From contig DATCJI010000356.1 of the NCBI GenBank assembly GCA_036562835.1, forward strand, positions 44 to 64,043: a stretch of DNA of 64,000 nucleotides, in the 5' to 3' direction. The notes under the pieces were generated by a model that saw only the letters and a list, made by a program, of their open reading frames with translations, searched no databases and was not told the DNA's origin. Positions 19,413 to 30,001 of the stretch are shown piece after piece. Origin of the DNA: Xanthobacteraceae bacterium (GTDB lineage Bacteria > Pseudomonadota > Alphaproteobacteria > Rhizobiales > Xanthobacteraceae). The position numbers were made by a program, and so were the translations under genes. Within the stretch, counting starts at the first letter, position 1. The number at the start of each line of letters is the position of its first letter.

Positions 19413-21065
19413 ATGGCCCGTCAGTTCATCTATCACATGCAAGGTCTCACGAAGACCTATCCGGGAAACCGCAAGGTTCTGGAAGACGTCAACCTCTCCT
19501 TCTATCCGGACGCGAAAATCGGCGTGCTCGGCGTGAACGGATCCGGCAAGTCGACGCTCTTGCGGATCATGGCGGGCGTTGACAAGGAATTTTCCGGCGA
19601 AGCCTGGGTTGCGGAAGGCGCGCGCGTGGGGTTGCTCGAGCAGGAGCCGCGGCTCGATCCGTCAAAGAACGTGCGCGGGAACGTGATGCAGGGGGTAGCG
19701 CCTCAACAGGCGCTGCTCGACCGCTACAACGAGCTCGCCATGAACTATTCCGACGAGACAGCGGACGAGATGACCCGGCTGCAGGATGAGATTGAGGCAA
19801 AGGGCCTCTGGGACCTCGAGTCCAAAGTCGATCAGGCGATGGAGGCGCTGCGCTGCCCACCCGACGATGCCGATGTGGAAAATCTGTCAGGTGGCGAGCG
19901 CCGCCGTGTCGCCCTGTGCCGGCTCCTTCTCGACCAGCCCGACCTTCTTTTGCTCGATGAGCCCACGAACCACCTCGACGCGGAATCCGTGAACTGGCTG
20001 GAAGGCCATTTGCGGAACTATCCCGGCGCCATCCTGATCGTCACCCATGACCGCTACTTCCTCGACAATGTCACCGGGTGGATTCTCGAGCTCGACCGCG
20101 GCCGGGGCATTCCCTATCAGGGCAACTACTCAGCGTGGCTCGTACAGAAGCAGAAGCGGCTCGAGCAGGAGGGACGCGAGGAAGAGGCGCGACAGCGCAC
20201 GCTGGCGCGCGAGAGCGAGTGGATCGCGGCTTCCCCCCGCGCCCGACAGGCCAAATCCAAGGCCCGCTACCAGCGGTACGAGGAGCTGGTGAGCCAGGCC
20301 GCACAAAAGACGGCACAAACCGCGCAGATCGTGATCCCGGTCGCCGAGCGCCTGGGGAACAACGTGATCGATTTTACCCATCTCAAAAAAGGATACGGCG
20401 ACAACCTGCTGATCGACGATCTCACCTTCAAATTGCCGCCCGGCGGTATCGTTGGTGTCATCGGTCCAAACGGCGCCGGCAAGACTACGCTCTTCCGCAT
20501 GATCGTCGGGCAGGAGAAACCGGATGCCGGATCGATCAGCGTCGGCGAATCGGTTCACCTCGGGTACGTTGATCAATCCCGTGACGCGCTCGCCGCGAAC
20601 AAAAATGTGTGGGAGGAGATTTCCGCCGGTAACGACATCATTCATCTGGGCAAGCGCGAGGTGAACTCGCGCGCCTACTGCTCGGCCTTCAATTTCAAGG
20701 GCGCGGATCAGCAGAAAAAGGTGGGGCAGCTCTCGGGCGGCGAAAGGAACCGGGTGCATCTCGCCAAGATGCTCAAATCGGGCGCCAACCTGCTGCTACT
20801 CGACGAGCCCACGAACGACCTGGACGTCGATACCCTGCGGGCGTTGGAGGGAGCGCTCGAGGATTTTGCCGGCTGCGCCGTCATCATCAGCCACGATCGC
20901 TGGTTTCTCGACCGCATCGCTACGCACATCCTGGCCTTCGAAGGTGAAAGTCATGTGGAATGGTTCGAAGGCAACTTTCAGGAGTACGAGCGCGACAAGA
21001 TGCGGCGGCTGGGGACTGATTCGACCATTCCAAAGCGCATCAAGTACAAAAAATTCACGCGCTGA
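19413..21065 (+). CDS. ettA: energy-dependent translational throttle ABC-F ATPase EttA
   Basis: [50 protein letters not shown]. It has two ABC cassettes ([11 protein letters not shown] and [11 protein letters not shown]) and about 550 aa. Confidence 0.9.
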   Translation: MARQFIYHMQGLTKTYPGNRKVLEDVNLSFYPDAKIGVLGVNGSGKSTLLRIMAGVDKEFSGEAWVAEGARVGLLEQEPRLDPSKNVRGNVMQGVAPQQALLDRYNELAMNYSDETADEMTRLQDEIEAKGLWDLESKVDQAMEALRCPPDDADVENLSGGERRRVALCRLLLDQPDLLLLDEPTNHLDAESVNWLEGHLRNYPGAILIVTHDRYFLDNVTGWILELDRGRGIPYQGNYSAWLVQKQKRLEQEGREEEARQRTLARESEWIAASPRARQAKSKARYQRYEELVSQAAQKTAQTAQIVIPVAERLGNNVIDFTHLKKGYGDNLLIDDLTFKLPPGGIVGVIGPNGAGKTTLFRMIVGQEKPDAGSISVGESVHLGYVDQSRDALAANKNVWEEISAGNDIIHLGKREVNSRAYCSAFNFKGADQQKKVGQLSGGERNRVHLAKMLKSGANLLLLDEPTNDLDVDTLRALEGALEDFAGCAVIISHDRWFLDRIATHILAFEGESHVEWFEGNFQEYERDKMRRLGTDSTIPKRIKYKKFTR

Positions 21066-21333
21066 GTTGCTGATCCCACCTGCCCAATGCCGTGGCGCTG
21101 GCCGTATCACCATTTCTTGATCGCGCGCCGACGCTGCACACGAAAGCATGCGCGGGCGCTTGTACTTGGTGATTCATAGAAGAATCAGACAATTGGCCCG
21201 TAGTCGCCAAAGTTGAACCTGACGATCCGTTAATCCTCAGCGGGGCATGTGCTTGTCTAACGTAAGTTTAACTTGCCCCGTCGCGGTTTTGGTTCTGTAT
21301 TCCGACCATAGGGCGTATGGAGGGATATCAGTC

Positions 21334-21870
21334 ATGTGGAAAGGGATAGTGGCGGGAACGGCGGCACTTGCGATTGCCGGAACCTCGCTGGTCTACGCGC
21401 AGCAGCGCGGCTGGCATGAGGGCCGGCATGGACCGCCGAGCATCGAGGATATGCGGGCATTCGGGGAAGCGCGCCTTGCCGGACTTAAAGCCGGACTTAC
21501 TCTGAATGCCGACCAGGAGAAGAACTGGCCGGCTTTTGAGCAAGCAGCGCGAGAGCTGGCAAAGCTGCGTCTCGACCGAGTCAATGCCATGCGCAACGCT
21601 CCACCCGCAGCGGATCCAGTCGATCGGCTCCGCCGCCGTGCCACAGCCATGTCGGACACCGGGGCTGCCTTGAAGAAACTCGCGGACGCCACAGATCCCC
21701 TGTACAAGAGTTTGGACGACGGCCAGAAGCGCCGCTTTGCAATGCTCAGCCACCTGGGCGGGTCCCACCACGGAGACCGGGGCGGCTGGAGCCGTGACGG
21801 CGGCCACCGCTGGGGGCCACGCGGCATGGGCGGATCCGGAGAAGAGCGCTCTGGCGGAGAGCGGCTATAG
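21334..21870 (+). CDS. periplasmic LTXXQ-motif protein (Spy/CpxP-like)
   Basis: Signal peptide MWKGIVAGTAALAIAGTSLVYA, LTLNADQEKNW (LTxxQ), and a His/Gly-rich tail. A GGAGGGA Shine-Dalgarno lies upstream. Confidence 0.6.
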   Translation: MWKGIVAGTAALAIAGTSLVYAQQRGWHEGRHGPPSIEDMRAFGEARLAGLKAGLTLNADQEKNWPAFEQAARELAKLRLDRVNAMRNAPPAADPVDRLRRRATAMSDTGAALKKLADATDPLYKSLDDGQKRRFAMLSHLGGSHHGDRGGWSRDGGHRWGPRGMGGSGEERSGGERL

Positions 21871-21940
21871 TTGCCATATTAAGGGGCTAACGCCGGCGGT
21901 CGCACTCCCAGCCCCCCGACACGATCGCCGACGTACGGGA

Positions 21941-21974
21941 GCCGCCGGGTCCCCACCCGGCGGCTTTCCTTTTG
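21941..21974 (+). terminator. rho-independent terminator after the LTXXQ gene
   Basis: gccgccggg-tcccca-cccggcggc followed by tttccttttg. Confidence 0.7.
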
Positions 21975-22049
21975 CGGAAGTCACGTCTTGTTGCGCGCGG
22001 GACTTGTCGCTATCGGTGGAGGCTCCGAGCCCATACGAGATTCGGGACG

Positions 22050-22125
<76 letters not shown>

Positions 22126-22239
22126 TTTTCCTCCTTTGCACCTTTCGATTACTGCGAAGCGTTTGCTCCATGGCGCGTATGCGCGCCGCTCATAGCCGTT
22201 ACGACTGGATCACTGTCGAGCTGTAGTGATAAGGCCGCA

Positions 22240-22264
22240 GGAACGATCCTGAGATATCAGCGTT
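22240..22264 (+). promoter_or_regulatory. candidate EcfG-type (general stress response) promoter GGAAC-N16-CGTT upstream of dps
   Basis: GGAAC is at 22240-22244, the 16-nt spacer follows, and CGTT is at 22261-22264, about 87 nt upstream of the dps ATG. Confidence 0.5.
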
Positions 22265-22350
22265 CCACTGAGCGCTTGATGGTTATACGCGAGCGCGTGG
22301 GCGGCAGAATACCGCGCAAAATTATTTTTCAGCACAACAGGAGGAGTAAG

Positions 22351-22941
22351 ATGGCAAAGCCTGCACCCATACGCGTACATGGCCGCCAAGGCAGCCAGCC
22401 GTGGCTGCACCAGCATGGCAGGGAAATTCAGGCTTTTGGGACCATCCGGCAATTTCCGCTGGGTCTATCCTATGATGCCCGGGCCTATTCCTGTCAGCGC
22501 CTGAACCAGATCCTGTGCGACAGCCCAATTCTATTTGCGTTGTACAAGAAGCACCACTGGCTCATGCGTGGCGCCACGTTTTACCAACTGCACCTATTGC
22601 TCGATAAACATGCGGGTGAGCAGATCAAATTGATCGATGAAATCGCCGAACGCGTGCAGACGCTGGGGGGCATCGCCGTGGGCGATCCGAGGCACGTTGC
22701 GGAGATCACGCGCGTGCCGCGGCCCCCGAATGGATGCGAGGAAGTGCCGGCCATGCTTTCGCGCCTGTTGGAGGCGCACGAGCTTATTCTTATCGATGCG
22801 CACGACGCGGCGAAAAGAACTGCCGACCAGGCAGACGATGGAACCAACGACCTGATCGTCTCGGACGTGATCCGCACGAACGAGCTGCAAGCGTGGTTTC
22901 TGGCCGAGCATCTGGTGGACACGCCCCTCGTGCGCGCGTGA
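22351..22941 (+). CDS. dps: Dps-family ferritin-like DNA-protection protein
   Basis: LYKKHHWLMRGATFYQLHLLLDKHAGEQ...IDEIAERVQTLGG are ferroxidase-site helices. An AGGAGGAG Shine-Dalgarno precedes the ATG at 22351. Confidence 0.8.
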   Translation: MAKPAPIRVHGRQGSQPWLHQHGREIQAFGTIRQFPLGLSYDARAYSCQRLNQILCDSPILFALYKKHHWLMRGATFYQLHLLLDKHAGEQIKLIDEIAERVQTLGGIAVGDPRHVAEITRVPRPPNGCEEVPAMLSRLLEAHELILIDAHDAAKRTADQADDGTNDLIVSDVIRTNELQAWFLAEHLVDTPLVRA

Positions 22942-23043
22942 GGCGTCACGGCTCTCAGGACCCTTCGCTGCACACCTATGCTCGGGGCGCGTACCGCTCC
23001 TCGCGCCTGAGATTTGTCAGATCAGGAATGTCGCGGCGCTAAG

Positions 23044-23229
23044 TTAAGGCGCTTGCATCGGGGGTGCCGAATGGTCGCCACGATAATGCCGTTCCTCGTT
23101 TAGTGCGGCTTCGCTCCAGACCCGGGAGAGCTCGATGAGCTTTTGTCGGACCTCTGCTCGATCCGCCTTTTCGGCCAGCTGCAGGCATTCGCGCGCGTAG
23201 GCGTGATACTTTTTCGCTTCGCAGGACAT
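23044..23229 (-). CDS. small helical hypothetical protein (about 61 aa), paralogue-like to 32487..32666
   Basis: MSCEAKKYHAYARECLQLAEKADRAEVRQKLIELSRVWSEAALNEE... The start is uncertain; the ORF extends to 23283. Confidence 0.4.
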   Translation of the reverse strand: MSCEAKKYHAYARECLQLAEKADRAEVRQKLIELSRVWSEAALNEERHYRGDHSAPPMQAP

Positions 23230-23505
23230 GACACCGCACAACCCGAAACAGCGCATTGTGTGCGCACAAGAGCCCGCCCGCATTCAAATGGGTTAATGCG
23301 GCGGCAAATATTCAAAGGAAGCTCGCCTCCGCCGTCGCATACATTCAATGACGGGCCGGCCATTGCTTCTTCGCACCGCAGTCTTATGCGCAGATTAGAC
23401 GCGTATCGCCGATGAAAGAGCTGCTGCCATTATGGCCGGCTCGCCTCTCCCTTCGCCATGAAAGGTGCACAATGACCGATCCAAAGTGTGCAGGGGGCGT
23501 ACGCG

Positions 23506-23778
23506 ATGTTGCAGCGGCTGCAGAAATATGCCGGGGGTACGAGCTTTGACCCGGAGGCGATCCGCATCCTGTCTGCCGCCTTCGAGGAGGCGTGGCAGGC
23601 GTTGCTGCGCAGCGGGGCCAAATTCGGCTCCGATCGGCGTGCCGAGGAAGCGCGGGACACGCTCGCGAAATACATGATCGAGCAGGCAAAGCAGGGGGAA
23701 TTGGATCAACGACGCCTGCAGGAAGGCGCGCTGTTGCATTTCATGCGTTCAAATCTGCGCAGCCTGCCGCGCGACTGA
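23506..23778 (+). CDS. small hypothetical protein (90 aa)
   Basis: MLQRLQKYAGGTSFDPEAIRILSAAFEEAWQALLRSG... A G-rich Shine-Dalgarno-like sequence lies upstream of the ATG at 23506. No family name recalled. Confidence 0.45.
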   Translation: MLQRLQKYAGGTSFDPEAIRILSAAFEEAWQALLRSGAKFGSDRRAEEARDTLAKYMIEQAKQGELDQRRLQEGALLHFMRSNLRSLPRD

Positions 23779-24160
23779 GAGCGGGCCCCGCTCCCGATAA
23801 AGCCTTAATAGGCCAGAGCGCTCAATACCATCGTGCAGGCGAATATGGCTCCCAGAGCCAAGGCAAAGATTCGCGTAATGTCGTTCTCACTCATACCCAG
23901 CCCTCCACACTCCAGGAGTTTGGTCGCTGCAGCATGGCTGCAGGTTCAATGTAGCGGGTTGGGCAACCAAGCTACGTGCCTCGAGCGGGTGAACAATAAA
24001 GAGGGTTAAAGCCGCCCAATGCCTGCGACAATTGCGCTGCCGTGTGACCATTGAGACACTGCTGCCAAGACCCCTCGCATTCGACTAGAATTCAGAAAAA
24101 CAGGCAGGCCAGACCGCCGTCGGGGAGGCGGGTGACGGCGCGACAGAGGGAGAAAGCGCG

Positions 24161-25759
24161 ATGCGTCCAGTTTTTTGCGCAGGCATTGGTCTTTTGACGA
24201 CCATGCTGGCGTCAGCTGCTGCGGCCGCCGCCGAGGAAGGAAAGCCGGGCGGCATCCTGAAGATTTACCATCGTGACAGTCCGGCCAGCGCCTCCATACA
24301 CGAGGAAGCCACCTATTCCACGAACATCCCGTTCATGCCGGTTTTCAACAACCTGGTGATCTTCGACCAGCACACTCCCCAGAACAGCGAACAATCGATC
24401 GTTCCGGAGCTCGCCAGCAGCTGGTCCTGGAACGAGGACAAGACCAGGCTGACCTTCCGGCTGCGTGAAGGCGTGAAATGGCACGACGGCAAGCCTTTCA
24501 CCAGCAAGGACGTCAAATGCACCTGGGACTTGCTGATGGGGAAAGCCAAGGACAGCTTCCGCAAAAACCCGCGGCAGGGATGGTATTCCAACGTGGCGGA
24601 CGTCTCACCGAACGGCGATTACGAGGTGAGCTTCAACCTCAAGCGGCCCCAACCCGCACTGCTCTCGCTGCTCGCTTCCGGCTATTCCCCCGTGTATCCG
24701 TGCCACGTCTCGGCGCGCGACATGCGGCTGCACCCAATCGGGACCGGACCGTTCAAATTCGTCGAGTTCAAGCAGAACGAATCCATCAAAGTCACGCGCA
24801 ACCCGGACTATTGGCGCAAGGGTCGGCCCTATCTGGATGGCATCGAGCTCACCATTATCCCGAACCGTTCGACCGCAATTCTTGCATTCGTCGCCGGACG
24901 GTTCGACATGACCTTCCCCGCCGAGGTGACGCCTGCGTTGATGCGAGACATCAAGTCCCAGGCGCCGCACGCGGTCTGCCAGATGGTCCCCACCAATGTC
25001 AGCATCAACCTGATCGTCAATCGGGACGCGGCGCCTTTCAACAATCCGGAGCTGCGGCGTGCCATGGCGCTTGCGCTTGATCGCAAGGCGTTCGTCGACA
25101 TTCTTACCGAGGGCACAGCAAAGATCGGAGGCACGATGTTGCCCGCGCCCGAAGGCGTATGGGGCATGCCCAACGATATGCTTGCCACGCTCCCCGGATA
25201 CGGGCCCCACGTGCAGAAGAACCGGGAAGAAGCCCGCAAGATCATGCAGTCGCTCGGCTACGGTCCCGACAAGCGTCTCAATGTCAAAATATCCACCAGG
25301 AACGTCTCCGTTTACCGCGATCCTGCGGTAATTCTCATCGATCAGCTCAAGGACATCTATGTCGATGGCGTGCTCGATGTCATCGAGACAAGCAACTGGC
25401 ACGCCAAAATCACGCGGAAGGACTACCTTGTCGGCCTTAATCTCACAGGCAACGCGGTCGACGACCCCGATCAGAACTTTTACGAAAACTACGCGTGCGG
25501 CTCAGAGCGCAACGTGACCGACTATTGCAATAGGGATTTGGAGAAACTGTTCGATCAGCAGTCGAGGGAAACCGATCGCGAGAAGCGCAAAAAGCTCGTC
25601 TGGGACATCGACCGCAAGCTGCAGGAGGACATGGCGCGCCCGATCATCTATCACCAGCGTGCCGGCACCTGCTGGTCGCCGCGCGTGAAGGATCTCATAC
25701 TGATGGTGAACAGCTTCTACAACGGCTGGCGGTTCGAGGACGTGTGGCTCGACCACTGA
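24161..25759 (+). CDS. ABC transporter substrate-binding protein, peptide/nickel (family 5) type
   Basis: Signal peptide, 532 aa, first gene of a five-gene ABC cluster. LVPELASSWSW...DKTRLTFRLREGVKWHDGKPFTSKDV is a typical family-5 pattern. Confidence 0.85.
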   Translation: MRPVFCAGIGLLTTMLASAAAAAAEEGKPGGILKIYHRDSPASASIHEEATYSTNIPFMPVFNNLVIFDQHTPQNSEQSIVPELASSWSWNEDKTRLTFRLREGVKWHDGKPFTSKDVKCTWDLLMGKAKDSFRKNPRQGWYSNVADVSPNGDYEVSFNLKRPQPALLSLLASGYSPVYPCHVSARDMRLHPIGTGPFKFVEFKQNESIKVTRNPDYWRKGRPYLDGIELTIIPNRSTAILAFVAGRFDMTFPAEVTPALMRDIKSQAPHAVCQMVPTNVSINLIVNRDAAPFNNPELRRAMALALDRKAFVDILTEGTAKIGGTMLPAPEGVWGMPNDMLATLPGYGPHVQKNREEARKIMQSLGYGPDKRLNVKISTRNVSVYRDPAVILIDQLKDIYVDGVLDVIETSNWHAKITRKDYLVGLNLTGNAVDDPDQNFYENYACGSERNVTDYCNRDLEKLFDQQSRETDREKRKKLVWDIDRKLQEDMARPIIYHQRAGTCWSPRVKDLILMVNSFYNGWRFEDVWLDH

Positions 25760-25874
25760 GCGATGTCGGAGATCAGATGTCAACATCAGATGCCAGAGAT
25801 CAGACCTCAACTCGCCAGCTCGCCCACAGTCCAGCTTCTGACATCTAACATCTGAGAGTCCGAGATCTGACATG
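25760..25874. repeat. intergenic cluster of ATCAGA(T/C)G / C(A/G)TCTGA(T/C) heptamer-like repeats in mirror arrangement
   Basis: The left half has three copies (gagATCAGATGtc, acATCAGATGcc, gagATCAGAcc). The right half has three reverse-complement copies (ttCTGACATCT, aaCATCTGAg, gaGATCTGACatg), the last touching the permease ATG. Confidence 0.6.
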
Positions 25875-26822
25875 GGTGCGTACCTCGCCAGGCGCCTGAT
25901 GCTGATGATCCTGACGCTGTTCGGGATCTCGATCATCATTTTCGTGCTGCTGCGCATCATGCCCGGCAACATTGTGGACATCCTGTACGATGCGGCGGGC
26001 TATGTGAACCCGCAGGAGAAAGCGAAAATCGAGACGGAGCTTGGCCTCGATAAGCCAATCGTGGTGCAATACTTCACCTGGATCAGTGGTCTCGCCCATG
26101 GGGACCTCGGTTTTTCTTATGTTTCGGAGCGGCCTGCAGCTGACGAGATCCTGCCCCGCATCCCGGTGACCGCAAAGCTTGCCGGCCTGTCACTCGCGTT
26201 TGCGGTCCTGATCGGCGTGCCGCTCGGCGTCTTGAGCGCGGTACGCCAGAATTCGGCCGCCGATTACGTCCTGCGCGTGCTCAGCCTCAGCGGCCTTTCC
26301 ATGCCGTCCTTCTGGCTCGGCTTGCTCATTCTTATGGCCTTCGTGAGCTGGTTCGGAACAATTCCGATCTACACCGAGCCGCCGCCCACGTGGTGGCAGG
26401 AGCTTGCACTCCTGAGCGTGCCCGCCGCGGCGGTGGGCTTCCGCAGCTCCGCGCTCATGATGCGTCTGACGCGCTCCTCAATGCTCGAAGTGTTGCGTCA
26501 GGACTACATCCGCACGGCGCGGGCGAAAGGCGCATCGGACGCGAGCGTCAACTATCATCACGCCTTCCGCAATGCGATCCTGCCGGTGATCACGGTGATC
26601 GGCATGGAAGCAGCATTCCTGATGGGAGGCCTGATCGTCACCGAGACCGTGTTCAACGTGCCCGGCCTGGCCCGCTATCTGGTGACCGCACTCACGGAAC
26701 GTGATTACCCGATCGTACAGAACCTGGTGATGTTCGTCGCAACCACCGTGGTGCTCATCAATTTCCTCGTGGACATGCTGTATGCGGTACTCGACCCGCG
26801 CATCAAATACGCCCGCAGCTAG
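25872..26822 (+). CDS. ABC transporter permease (DppB/OppB-like)
   Basis: 316 aa with multiple TM segments and the EAA-like loop IRTARAKGASD. Confidence 0.9.
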   Translation: MGAYLARRLMLMILTLFGISIIIFVLLRIMPGNIVDILYDAAGYVNPQEKAKIETELGLDKPIVVQYFTWISGLAHGDLGFSYVSERPAADEILPRIPVTAKLAGLSLAFAVLIGVPLGVLSAVRQNSAADYVLRVLSLSGLSMPSFWLGLLILMAFVSWFGTIPIYTEPPPTWWQELALLSVPAAAVGFRSSALMMRLTRSSMLEVLRQDYIRTARAKGASDASVNYHHAFRNAILPVITVIGMEAAFLMGGLIVTETVFNVPGLARYLVTALTERDYPIVQNLVMFVATTVVLINFLVDMLYAVLDPRIKYARS

Positions 26823-26885
26823 TCCCCTCGCCCCGCTTCGCCGGGAAAGGGAACGCACCGACTGCGTCGTACGCAAAGAGGTGCC

Positions 26886-27779
26886 ATGACCGAGATTGAT
26901 TTCAGCACCGAACTGATGCGGGCGGGTGCCTTCGCGCAAGGCCGGCGCGCCCGGTTGCGCTTTCTGGCGCGGCGATATCCTTTGGGCGCCGCAGGTGCGG
27001 TGATCATGGCGCTATTCGTGTTTGCCGCAATATTTGCTGATTTCTTGACCGTTTATGATCCCCTATCCACAAATCCCGCCATATCGCTTGCGCCGCCCAG
27101 TACCAGCCACTGGCTCGGTGTTGATCCTTTCGGCCGCGATGTCTACAGCCGCATCATTTACGGCGCCCGCATCTCGCTAGCCGTGGGAATAGGCGCAACG
27201 CTTCTCGGCAGCGGGCTCGGCACGATGATCGGGCTTGCTTCCGGCTATCTCGGCGGCTGGATCGACCTTGCGCTGCAGCGGATCATGGACGTCCTGCAGG
27301 CGCTTCCGTTGCTCGTGCTGGCCCTGGTCATGGCCGCCGCACTCGGGCCTTCGCTGCAGAACACGATCGCGGCGATTGCAATTCCGCTTATTCCCTATGT
27401 GGCGCGCGTGATCCGCTCGAACACGCTTGCGTTGCGCGAGTTGCCCTTCGTCGAGGCGGCGAAGGCGGTTGGCATGAGCGAGTTGCGCATTGCCGTGCGC
27501 CATGTGTTGCCGAACACGCTTGCGCCGCTCATCGTGCTCGCGACCGCGCAACTCGGCTCCGCCATCCTGATCGAGGCGTCGCTTTCCTTCCTCGGCCTCG
27601 GGGTGCCGGAGCCGTATCCATCCTGGGGTCGCATGCTCTCGCAGTCCTCCGCCGAGTATGTGCGCACCGCGCCATGGCTGGTCGTCTTCCCCGGCATTGC
27701 CATCAGTCTTGCGGTATTCGGCACCAACCTTCTGGGTGACGCCTTGCGCGATCTCCTCGATCCGCGACAGCGCAGCTGA
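26886..27779 (+). CDS. ABC transporter permease (DppC/OppC-like)
   Basis: 297 aa with multiple TM segments and the EAA-like loop [12 protein letters not shown]. Confidence 0.9.
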   Translation: MTEIDFSTELMRAGAFAQGRRARLRFLARRYPLGAAGAVIMALFVFAAIFADFLTVYDPLSTNPAISLAPPSTSHWLGVDPFGRDVYSRIIYGARISLAVGIGATLLGSGLGTMIGLASGYLGGWIDLALQRIMDVLQALPLLVLALVMAAALGPSLQNTIAAIAIPLIPYVARVIRSNTLALRELPFVEAAKAVGMSELRIAVRHVLPNTLAPLIVLATAQLGSAILIEASLSFLGLGVPEPYPSWGRMLSQSSAEYVRTAPWLVVFPGIAISLAVFGTNLLGDALRDLLDPRQRS

Positions 27780-28834
27780 TGCAGCACGTCAGTACCGAGT
27801 GCCGGACGCAGCGGACAAGCAGCCCGGCCACAGCGCTCGAGGTCGCCTCGCTGAAGACTTATTTCTTCACACGCGCGGGCGTTCTCAAAGCCGTCGACGA
27901 CCTTTCCTTCACAGTGCGCAAGGGCGAAACGCTGGCGCTCGTAGGTGAATCCGGATGCGGCAAAAGCATGACCGCGCTTTCGATCATGCGGCTTGTTCCA
28001 GATCCTCCGGGACGCATCGTTGGGGGCGCCGTCGCCTTGGAAGGAAGAGACTTGCTGCAGCTCGATGAAGCCACCATGCGGGATGTGCGTGGCAAAGACA
28101 TCTCCATGATCTTTCAGGAGCCGATGACTTCGCTTAACCCGGTGCTCACGATCGGCAATCAAATCAGTGAGGTATTGTCACTGCACGAGGATCTTTCGCG
28201 ATCGGCGTCGATGGAAAAGACGATCGAGATGCTGCGCCGGGTGCGCATCCCCGAGCCGGCTCAGCGCGCGCGGGAGTACCCGCACCAGCTGTCAGGCGGC
28301 ATGCGCCAGCGCGCCATGATCGCCATGGCGCTGGCCTGCAACCCGAAGCTGCTTATCGCCGATGAGCCGACCACGGCGCTCGACGTCACTATCCAGGCCC
28401 AGATCCTCGATCTGATGCTTGCACTTCAGCAGGAGTTCGGCACCGCAATCATGCTTATTACGCATGACCTCGCCGTTGTGGCGGAAACAGCGCAGCGTGT
28501 CATTGTGATGTATGCGGGCAAGAAGGTTGAGGAGGCGGCCGTCGAGGACTTGTTTCAAGACCCGCGCCATCCCTATACGCGCGGGCTTCTTGCCTCCATT
28601 CCCCGCCTGACCCTCATGGGTGGAGGGCCCGCGAGCGTGGGCGCACGGCTCAAGGAGATCCCCGGCATCGTGCCCTCGCTCGCCAATCTGCCAGCGGGCT
28701 GCAGTTTTGCGCCGCGCTGTCCGCTCGCCGACGCGAAATGCCGTACAAGCTACCCGCCGCTCGAACAAAAGCGTGCCGGCCATTGGGCCGCCTGCTGGCA
28801 TTCGGATGAAATCGTTGGATCGCCAGGTGACTGA
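27779..28834 (+). CDS. ABC transporter ATP-binding protein (DppD/OppD-like)
   Basis: Walker A GESGCGKS, signature LSGGMRQR, Walker [13 protein letters not shown], and an oligopeptide-type C-terminal Cys motif. The start overlaps the upstream stop (TGATG). Confidence 0.9.
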   Translation: MQHVSTECRTQRTSSPATALEVASLKTYFFTRAGVLKAVDDLSFTVRKGETLALVGESGCGKSMTALSIMRLVPDPPGRIVGGAVALEGRDLLQLDEATMRDVRGKDISMIFQEPMTSLNPVLTIGNQISEVLSLHEDLSRSASMEKTIEMLRRVRIPEPAQRAREYPHQLSGGMRQRAMIAMALACNPKLLIADEPTTALDVTIQAQILDLMLALQQEFGTAIMLITHDLAVVAETAQRVIVMYAGKKVEEAAVEDLFQDPRHPYTRGLLASIPRLTLMGGGPASVGARLKEIPGIVPSLANLPAGCSFAPRCPLADAKCRTSYPPLEQKRAGHWAACWHSDEIVGSPGD

Positions 28835-29846
28835 GACGGCAGCGCTTCACGTTAACAACGGCACAGCCGCCGGCTGGGCGCCAATCCTCGAAGTGACCAA
28901 CCTCAAACAGCACTTCCCGATCAAGAAGGGAATCATCCGCCGCACCCAGGCCTATGTCCTTGCCGTCGACGGCGTGAGCTTTTCGGTGAACGCAGGCGAA
29001 ACGCTCGGGCTTGTTGGCGAAAGCGGGTGCGGAAAATCGACCGTCGCTCGCACCGTGCTGCGGCTCATCGAGCCGACCGCGGGCGAGATCAAGGTGGACG
29101 GGCACGACATCACACATTTGAGCAAGGCGCAGCTGCGGCCGTATCGGCGCGAGATGCAGATCATCTTTCAGGACCCCTTCTCCTCGCTCAATCCGCGCAT
29201 GACCGCAGGGGACATCGTCGGCGAGCCGCTCGTGGTGCACCGGCTGGCGCGCGCGGAAGAGCGCATCGCTCGCGTGAGGGCGCTCTTTGAGCAAGTCGGG
29301 CTCAGCGGGTCGCAGATGAAAAGCTTCCCGCATGAGTTTTCGGGAGGGCAGCGCCAGCGCATTTCAATCGCCCGCGCGCTTGCCTTGAACCCGAAACTCA
29401 TCGTCGCTGACGAACCGGTCTCGGCGCTCGACGTGTCCATCCAGGCGCAGGTGATCAACCTTATGATGGACCTGCAGCAGGAAAAGGGACTCTCTTACCT
29501 CTTCAGTGCCCATGGGCTCGCCGTTGTCGAGCACATCAGTCATCGCGTTGCGGTCATGTATCTCGGCAAGATCGTCGAGTATGCGGAGAAGCGGGAGCTT
29601 TTCGTCAAGCCTCTGCACCCGTACACCGAGGCACTGCTTGCGGCGGTGCCGGTGCCCAATCCAAAGCTGCGGCGGCCGCGCAGGCATGTCGGAGGCGATG
29701 TGCCGAGCCCGGTCAACCCCCCCTCGGGATGCGCTTTCCACACGCGCTGTCCGCACGCGATGGCGCGCTGTCGCGCTGAGACGCCTCCGCTCCTCGAAGT
29801 GGCACCGCGGCACTGGGTCGCGTGTCACCTGCATCAGGCGTCCTAG
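28806..29846 (+). CDS. ABC transporter ATP-binding protein (DppF/OppF-like)
   Basis: Walker [10 protein letters not shown], signature FSGGQRQR, Walker [13 protein letters not shown]. The start is ATG 28806 or GTG 28827; both overlap the upstream gene. Confidence 0.85.
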   Translation: MKSLDRQVTETAALHVNNGTAAGWAPILEVTNLKQHFPIKKGIIRRTQAYVLAVDGVSFSVNAGETLGLVGESGCGKSTVARTVLRLIEPTAGEIKVDGHDITHLSKAQLRPYRREMQIIFQDPFSSLNPRMTAGDIVGEPLVVHRLARAEERIARVRALFEQVGLSGSQMKSFPHEFSGGQRQRISIARALALNPKLIVADEPVSALDVSIQAQVINLMMDLQQEKGLSYLFSAHGLAVVEHISHRVAVMYLGKIVEYAEKRELFVKPLHPYTEALLAAVPVPNPKLRRPRRHVGGDVPSPVNPPSGCAFHTRCPHAMARCRAETPPLLEVAPRHWVACHLHQAS

Positions 29847-30001
29847 GCGTGCCAAATCTCTTCGGTGTCTTGCCCAGCGAAGGCGGGACATTCAGTATGC
29901 GGCGAACATGCTGACAAAAATCATATAGGTTAGCAGTTCCTGTGATTACTGGATTGCCCGCCTGCGCGGGCGATGACAGCACCGTGCTTGGGGAAGATGC
30001 A

